Positions 61,767 through 64,000 of a stretch of DNA of 64,000 nt are shown here, piece by piece. The position numbers were made by a program, and so were the translations under genes. The notes beneath the pieces were generated by a model, which worked only from the letters and a program-made list of their open reading frames with translations, was not told the origin of the DNA and ran no database searches. Numbering within the stretch: the first letter of the stretch is position 1; every line of letters begins with the position of its first letter. Source of the DNA: Leucoraja ocellata (Eukaryota); contig JAWMAR010000246.1 in NCBI GenBank assembly GCA_036785375.1, positions 2,480,001 to 2,544,000 of the forward strand, written 5' to 3'.

Positions 61767-63149
61767 TCATAAAACCTTTATACTTAGAAATATGACATTG
61801 TTAATGAATTAGGTGTTCGGGGTTTATTGAAATTAGACTATGTCATGAGTAGGATATGACCTTAAATCATCATGTACATTAATACATTTGTGAAACATGT
61901 ACTTATTTTAATTCTTAACCATTTTATGAACCAAGTAGTGCATTTACGTGTCTTGTGTTGAAATGCATAATATGTACTTCAATGTTATAAAAATAAGTTG
62001 GTTGAAATTTGAAGTAAACATGTGATATTTATCATAATTTCTCACTCCACTGCATTTCCCAAAGTTAGGGAGTGCTGCATTATTGTGGAAATGGGTTTGT
62101 AGATGGCATTCCACAAATTGGGTGCGTGGCACCCACATTTTAGACATCATGTGGTGAATGATCTCCTTCTGTGTTCCATCATTAAATGGTTCTACTTTGC
62201 AATTTAACTATAGTAAATCTGTAACAACCATTGTTCTAAATCAGTGAGCAGTTATTGTAAATCTGTAGGTTGGATATCAACGTGCGCCTGGATATTTTAA
62301 AATAATTGTAGAGGTACTGTTACACACAATTAAAATGTAAAACCGTATATATGTTATGACATAAGACTAAGAAATACCAGTCAGTTGGTGGAAAGGAGAG
62401 CTTTCAGAATGGTCACACACAGTATTAGTTGGTGACCCTGAAATCTAATGTGTGTGGATGTGGTGCCGACGGACGAGAGGCCGAAGCAAAGAAGTCGAAG
62501 CCAAAGAACGGAATGGAAACGAGGTCGAAACAACAATAAACCAAAAGGGTCTGAAGACGAAATGCCTACTAACTGAAAGGGCGGGACGCCTAAAACCCAA
62601 GGAACCGAAAAGCTGCGTCGCCTAAAAGCAAACTTACCGAATGGCCGTTCTGTCAAAACGCCACGTACCCGATAGGCGGCGTCACCTACAGGCCAAAGGA
62701 CCGACTGCCGCTCAACAGAAAAGTCCAATAACGGACATAACGTTGCCGGGGGGCGGGACTTGTCAGCGATTGGTCCAGACACCCGCTTCCATCACATCAC
62801 TGTGAAGGCATGAACATTGTCCCAAACCTGACCCTCAGTCCGCGGAGGGTGGCCGTGGGAGAGTGGGGGCTGTCCCGAGCGATGCACACCTTCGGCCGCT
62901 TTCAACTTGGTGCTTAGGTTCAGATTGCCCATTCACCTATGGCGTGTGTGGGAAAATGAACCCCATGTTCCCGTCTCCCCCTTCTCTCTTCCCTCTTCTC
63001 TCTCTCCCCTCTTCTCTTCTCTCTCTTCCCCTACTCTCTCCCCCCCTCTCTCCCTCCCTTCTTCCTCTCCCCCTTCTCTCTGGTGGTGAGGAATGAGGTG
63101 GAAATGTTTTTTAACATTCTAAGTTACTCCAACTATTATAAAGAAAGGT

Positions 63150-63310
63150 AAAAGCCCAAAGTGCTGACGGAACTCTGCACATCAGACAGCATCTGTGGAG
63201 ACAAAGGGAAATTAACATTTCGGGTCTTTGTCTCCACAGATAATTCCTGACCCGTTGAGTTCCTCCAGCAGTTTGAGTTTTGCTCCAGATTGCAGGATCT
63301 GCAGTCTCAT
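63150..63310 (+). mobile_element. Older inverted Penelope-like mini-insertion
   Basis: Imperfect arms (atctgtggagacaaag / ctttgtctccacagat) and a tail ending tccagattgcaggatctgcagtctc. Confidence 0.6.
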
Positions 63311-63421
63311 ATGCCTCTAATAGAAAACAACCATTTTATCATTTTTTTATTAAAATGATTAACATTTTTTTTTTAAATTGAGAATGCATTTTATAATAAA
63401 TACATATAAATCGAAGCAATT

Positions 63422-63872
63422 AATAGACAATAGCAGAAATAGGCCATTCGGCCTTTCGTGCCAGCACCGCCATTCAATATGTTCATGGCTGATCATCCAC
63501 AATCAATACCCCATTCCTGCCTTATCGTCATATCCCCTGACTCCACTATCTTTAAGAGCTCTATCTAATCCTGTCTTGAAAGCATCCAAAGAATTGGCCT
63601 CCACTGCCTTCTGAGGCAGAGAATTCCACAGATTAACAACTCTCTGGGTGAAAAAGTTTTTCCTCATCTCTGTTCTAAATGGCTTACTCCTAATTCTTAA
63701 ACTGTGGCCCTTGGTTCTCGACTCCCTCAACATCAGGAACATGTTTCCTGCCTCTAGTGTGTCCAATCCCTTAATAACCTTATATGTTTCAATAAGATCC
63801 CCTCTCATGCTTCTAAATTCCAGAGTATACAAGCCCAGCCGCTCCATTCTATCAACATATGACAGTCCCTAT
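63422..63872 (-). mobile_element. CR1 3' fragment
   Basis: ORF 63503..63847 plus 3' UTR and attgtctatt tail. Confidence 0.9.
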
Positions 63873-64000
63873 ATCCTGGAATTCAATCAAATAAAAAGGA
63901 AACAGAACAGATACTTATAGTGACTGGTACTTAACAACAATATTATAAGCTTTCTTTTCCATTGACATCAATGGACCTGTTGGATTTTCACCACATTCAC

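Overview
Eukaryotic, repeat-dense vertebrate DNA. It is most likely a cartilaginous fish (skate, ray or shark), inferred from HE1/V-SINE-type SINEs, CR1 dominance and the fish-type NPR-B C-terminus. The only host gene visible is the 3' end of a natriuretic peptide receptor guanylyl cyclase (npr2/NPR-B) on the minus strand. Five cyclase-domain exons have canonical splice sites (61596-61719, 54474-54542, 51685-51859, 49940-50038, 40511-40573). The expected penultimate ~92-nt exon is not visible and probably lies in the 200-N gap at 47267-47466. Almost everything else is transposon-derived. There is a complete but decayed Mag-type Gypsy provirus (19296-30461; both LTRs, PBS, PPT, 5-bp TSD) carrying nested CR1, L1 and Penelope insertions, plus many CR1 and Rex1-like LINE fragments, V-SINEs, and Harbinger and hAT MITEs (one only 44 bp long). 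The most interesting non-coding signal is a family of tiny Penelope-like insertions. They form perfect palindromes with a fixed 34-nt tail and 14-15 bp TSDs and carry a minimal hammerhead ribozyme motif. Hammerheads in Penelope elements are established biology, so this is a strong local example rather than a proven new system. Repeat boundaries without a TSD are approximate (read by eye).
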